Source of the DNA: Azolla caroliniana
Taxonomy: Eukaryota; Plantae; Polypodiophyta
Direction of reading: 5' to 3'
Length of the DNA: 22,234 nucleotides
Assembly: GCA_043228905.1 (NCBI GenBank)
Contig: JBHGNT010000505.1
Span: forward strand, 1-22,234
The notes under the pieces are model-generated. The model did not search any database. It worked only from the letters and a program-made list of their open reading frames with translations, and had not been told where the DNA came from. Positions 19,715-22,234 of the stretch are shown here, in pieces. The position numbers were made by a program, and so were the translations under genes. Positions within the stretch are counted from its first letter, which is position 1. Every line of letters begins with the position of its first letter.

Positions 19715-19726
19715 GCTCTGATACCA
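19715..19726 (-). promoter_or_regulatory. copia primer-binding site for tRNA-iMet (TGGTATCAGAGC)
   Basis: Canonical plant PBS directly abutting the LTR end ...TTTTACA. Confidence 0.95.
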
Positions 19727-20114
19727 TGTAAAAAGAAACGTGCGGAAGCAAGTATGAAGACCGAACAGAAGAGAGGAAACTCAGGTTTAATGGAGAGCTT
19801 GGGATTACACAGTATACGCGGGAGAGACAGAGAGAGAAACACAAAAAACTATATTCAACAATAAGACACAATCTCTGTACATAAGACGTGGTCAGTGAGC
19901 ACTTTTATACAAGTCCTAGAAGGACTGACCGAAGTACTGACAGTACTTCAATGCTCATCAAGAGCTCCTACACTAACTCCCAAATATATTCCTCACAGAA
20001 TATCTTTCCTAACGGCCTCCCGGTTTATGCACTCGGCCTAACCGATCGGTCCCAACCGATCCGTTCCTCGGCTTCTTCAGCCGATCCGGCCAATGTTGAG
20101 CTTGTCTCTCAACA
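19727..20114 (-). repeat. 5' LTR of the copia element (~388 bp, TGTTGAG...TTTTACA)
   Basis: Inner end fixed by the PBS. Outer end inferred from TGTTG at 20114 and a compositional change. TATAAAA on the minus strand at ~19903-19909. The partner LTR is not in the window. Confidence 0.75.
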
Positions 20115-21044
20115 TTAGTGTAAGTGTGTATCACGATGTTTTACTTCAATTTGTAATTATGTACGATTATGCCTTCATAGATTGAGGAATCATCTACGAT
20201 TATCACATTCATGATAGGTTTCTCTCTTCTTCTTCTTCTTCTATCTTCTTCTATTATCACATTCAGAGTCAGGACATGTTTCTCTCTTCTTTTCTCTCTT
20301 CTTCTTCTTTGTTGTCGTCTCATATGTTCTTCTTTCTTCCTTCTTTTGGCTTCTTTTTCACTAAAATCTTTTTTTTTTCTTTTGCTTTTTGTTGGGGTTT
20401 TACTTACATTTTTTTTATAAATACGTATTATACCTTTTTTTTTCAAATGTATGTTAAATACTATATTGGACAAATGTACATGATATTTGACTGAACAACA
20501 TTAAGGTATAGTATGTACTATACAAATCATGCGGTACTATACATATTTAAACGTTAAATACGGGTACGTAAACAACCATGCTAATGGCAACAACTGGCCT
20601 AGTGGTAACATTATCTGACACTGCGTCAGTGCTTGCCATGCCGGGTCTTCCTCCAATGTGCCGGTTTCAGCATTCAGTTGGGGTTCTAGTGCTCGTAGGG
20701 CCTCCTCTTGCTTCCTATCTTCTATATTCTGCTAATTGGCCTTCTCAACCCATGCCATAACAGCTTTCCGTATTGCTTCTTGCGCTTCCCATTCCTACAA
20801 ATTATACTTAATCTCTAAGTTCAATGAGTGCTACACGAAAATTATAAATAAGCTCAACTTATATATTACATCAAAATTTAACAATTCATATTGTTCATAT
20901 TTTACAATAAGCCATATCCATTCAATCGAATAATAAGTCTAGTAAAACCGTCTCCTTAAGATTAGCTCTTTCATCAGGATTATCCCCATTGGCTTCGTCA
21001 ATACGTTAAATTGAATCGTTAGTATGTTCAGACTGAGTTCACAC

Positions 21045-21275
21045 GTCTTCTAATTCAACAAGGTCCCCTGCTTCTTCATCTATAGGTTCCATAGGTTCTC
21101 TAGAAGTCATCTGGAACATCTAAGTTTCATTGATATGCTTTGCCTCAACTTCTTGGTCTTGATCAGGACAGTCCCAGATACCTTGGATCCTCCTTTTGAT
21201 GAAATTAACCTGCTCAGGGTCCTTCTCTAATGCAACAGAGTTCCTAAACATCTTTAAGGCGCATGTTGTAGTAGT
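21045..21275 (-). pseudogene. Decayed paralog of the last exon of the ParB-MTase gene
   Basis: TTTCALKMFRNSVALEKDPEQVNFIKRRIQGIWDCPDQDQEVEAKHINET*MFQMTSREPMEP...GDLVELED aligns with TTSACALKLFRNTVALEKDEDQVIFINMRIKALWECPDQDEEVGAKNLANTERFQPASREPIPP...GELIELDD. Confidence 0.85.
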
Positions 21276-21589
21276 ACATGATAGTAGAATGAAATTGCAC
21301 ATGTAACATCAACCTGAAGAATAGACTATAACGTTAATCTAAATTGATTTAAGTTTTATATTATATACCTGTGTTGGAAAACAAATCTAGAACCTAATGA
21401 AAATTTGATAAAATAAAATTTTGAAAAAATAAAAAATCTTGGATTTTCAATTGGAATCCAATGCAAAGCACTGGATTCCAGTTGAAAATCCAAGATTGTT
21501 TTTAATTTTCTAAAATTTGATTGCGCGATATTGTCTATTCCACAGTCTGTCTTTCTCACGAATCTTAGGGATTGAATCCCATCAAATAA

Positions 21590-22234
21590 TGGTTCTTGAT
21601 GTGGTGTTGTCTTGATTTCCATTGGAGGGGGTCCTTCCATGAAACTTGGCTTTGGTAGTGGTGGAGTTGCAGCCACCGAAACATATGTTTATGTTGATCG
21701 AAAGTGTAACATTTGTTGATGTTCAGAATGCCGCTGAAATAAGAGATTGTCACATCACACAGCCCAACTTATTGCTTTAGTAAGAGATTTTGGATCATCA
21801 TGGAAGGTACGAATTAAATCCTTCACATCATTGCGTAGAACTTGATGAAATTGGTCCATTAACGCCACCTCATCCTAGCATGGAATATCACATGCTAAGA
21901 GACGAAAATCTGCACAATGAGTGGAAGCAGGACGATCTCCTTGTCGTAATCGTCAATGTTTGTTTATTGTTGTCCTCATATTATCAGTATCTCCAAAGTT
22001 GGCTTGAAATTCTTTTATAAATCCTTCAAATTCTTCTAACAATGGTGAGTGCTTCTCTAGGAGTGGTGTAAAGCATGCTAATGTAGTACCGGTTAACAAG
22101 GTATCAACTAGTCCCACACGAGCAACATTAGTTGGGTAACAACTAGGATGTAATTTAATCATGAGTCGTACTTGATTTAAAAATCCAAGAAATTGAGACA
22201 TTCTATCATTAAACTTGGCCGGAAGACTAATCTT
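21590..22234 (-). pseudogene. Ty3/gypsy retrotransposon gag remnant (chromovirus-like)
   Basis: KISLPAKF...FLNQVRL...YPT..RVGLV.TLLTG, RLRQGDRPAS...DFRLLA, MDQF...LRNDVKD, PPPMEI; contains stops and a frameshift. Confidence 0.8.

Larger units (their letters stand above)
599..20114 (-). mobile_element. Ty1/copia LTR retrotransposon, decayed and interrupted by nested insertions; 3' end outside window or displaced
   Basis: Minus-strand order is LTR, PBS(iMet), gag, CCHC knuckle, protease, GAG-pre-integrase, integrase, RT, i.e. copia order (INT before RT). The segments rejoin in frame when the inserts at 1973-7821 and 8776-18085 (plus one TSD copy) are removed. Confidence 0.95.

Noticed and set aside
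18190-19864. Plus-strand ORFs overlapping copia gag/pol (also 765-1308 and 7760-8833)
   Set aside because: They are antisense shadows of GC-rich retrotransposon coding sequence.
20141-20494. Lys/Arg-rich or Phe/Ser-rich ORFs
   Set aside because: They are products of (TTC)n and poly-T low-complexity sequence.

Overview
Eukaryotic (land-plant, probably moss-like) nested-transposon cluster. The backbone is a decayed Ty1/copia LTR retrotransposon on the minus strand: 5' LTR 19727-20114, tRNA-iMet PBS, and gag-PR-INT-RT with several stops and a frameshift. It is interrupted by three insertions. (1) The 3' end of a gypsy-like LTR at 1-598. (2) A rearranged, pol-less gypsy-type element with a tRNA-Trp PBS at 1973-7821, containing a fold-back inversion. 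(3) A 9.3-kb cut-and-paste DNA transposon at 8776-18085 with 36-bp TIRs, a 4-bp TSD (CTCC) and an intact Sola1-like transposase. The highlight is the cargo of this DNA transposon: a divergently oriented six-exon gene whose GT-AG splicing reconstructs an uninterrupted 971-aa protein. It fuses a ParB/Srx-like domain to a prokaryote-type beta-class N6A/N4C DNA methyltransferase (DIPY ... LDLFSGTG). Its first intron holds 8 near-perfect palindromes, possibly parS-like or transposase-binding sites. A decayed paralog of the last methyltransferase exon (~21045-21275) and a gypsy gag pseudogene (~21590-22234) lie at the right end. All calls come from reading the sequence; no database searches were run.
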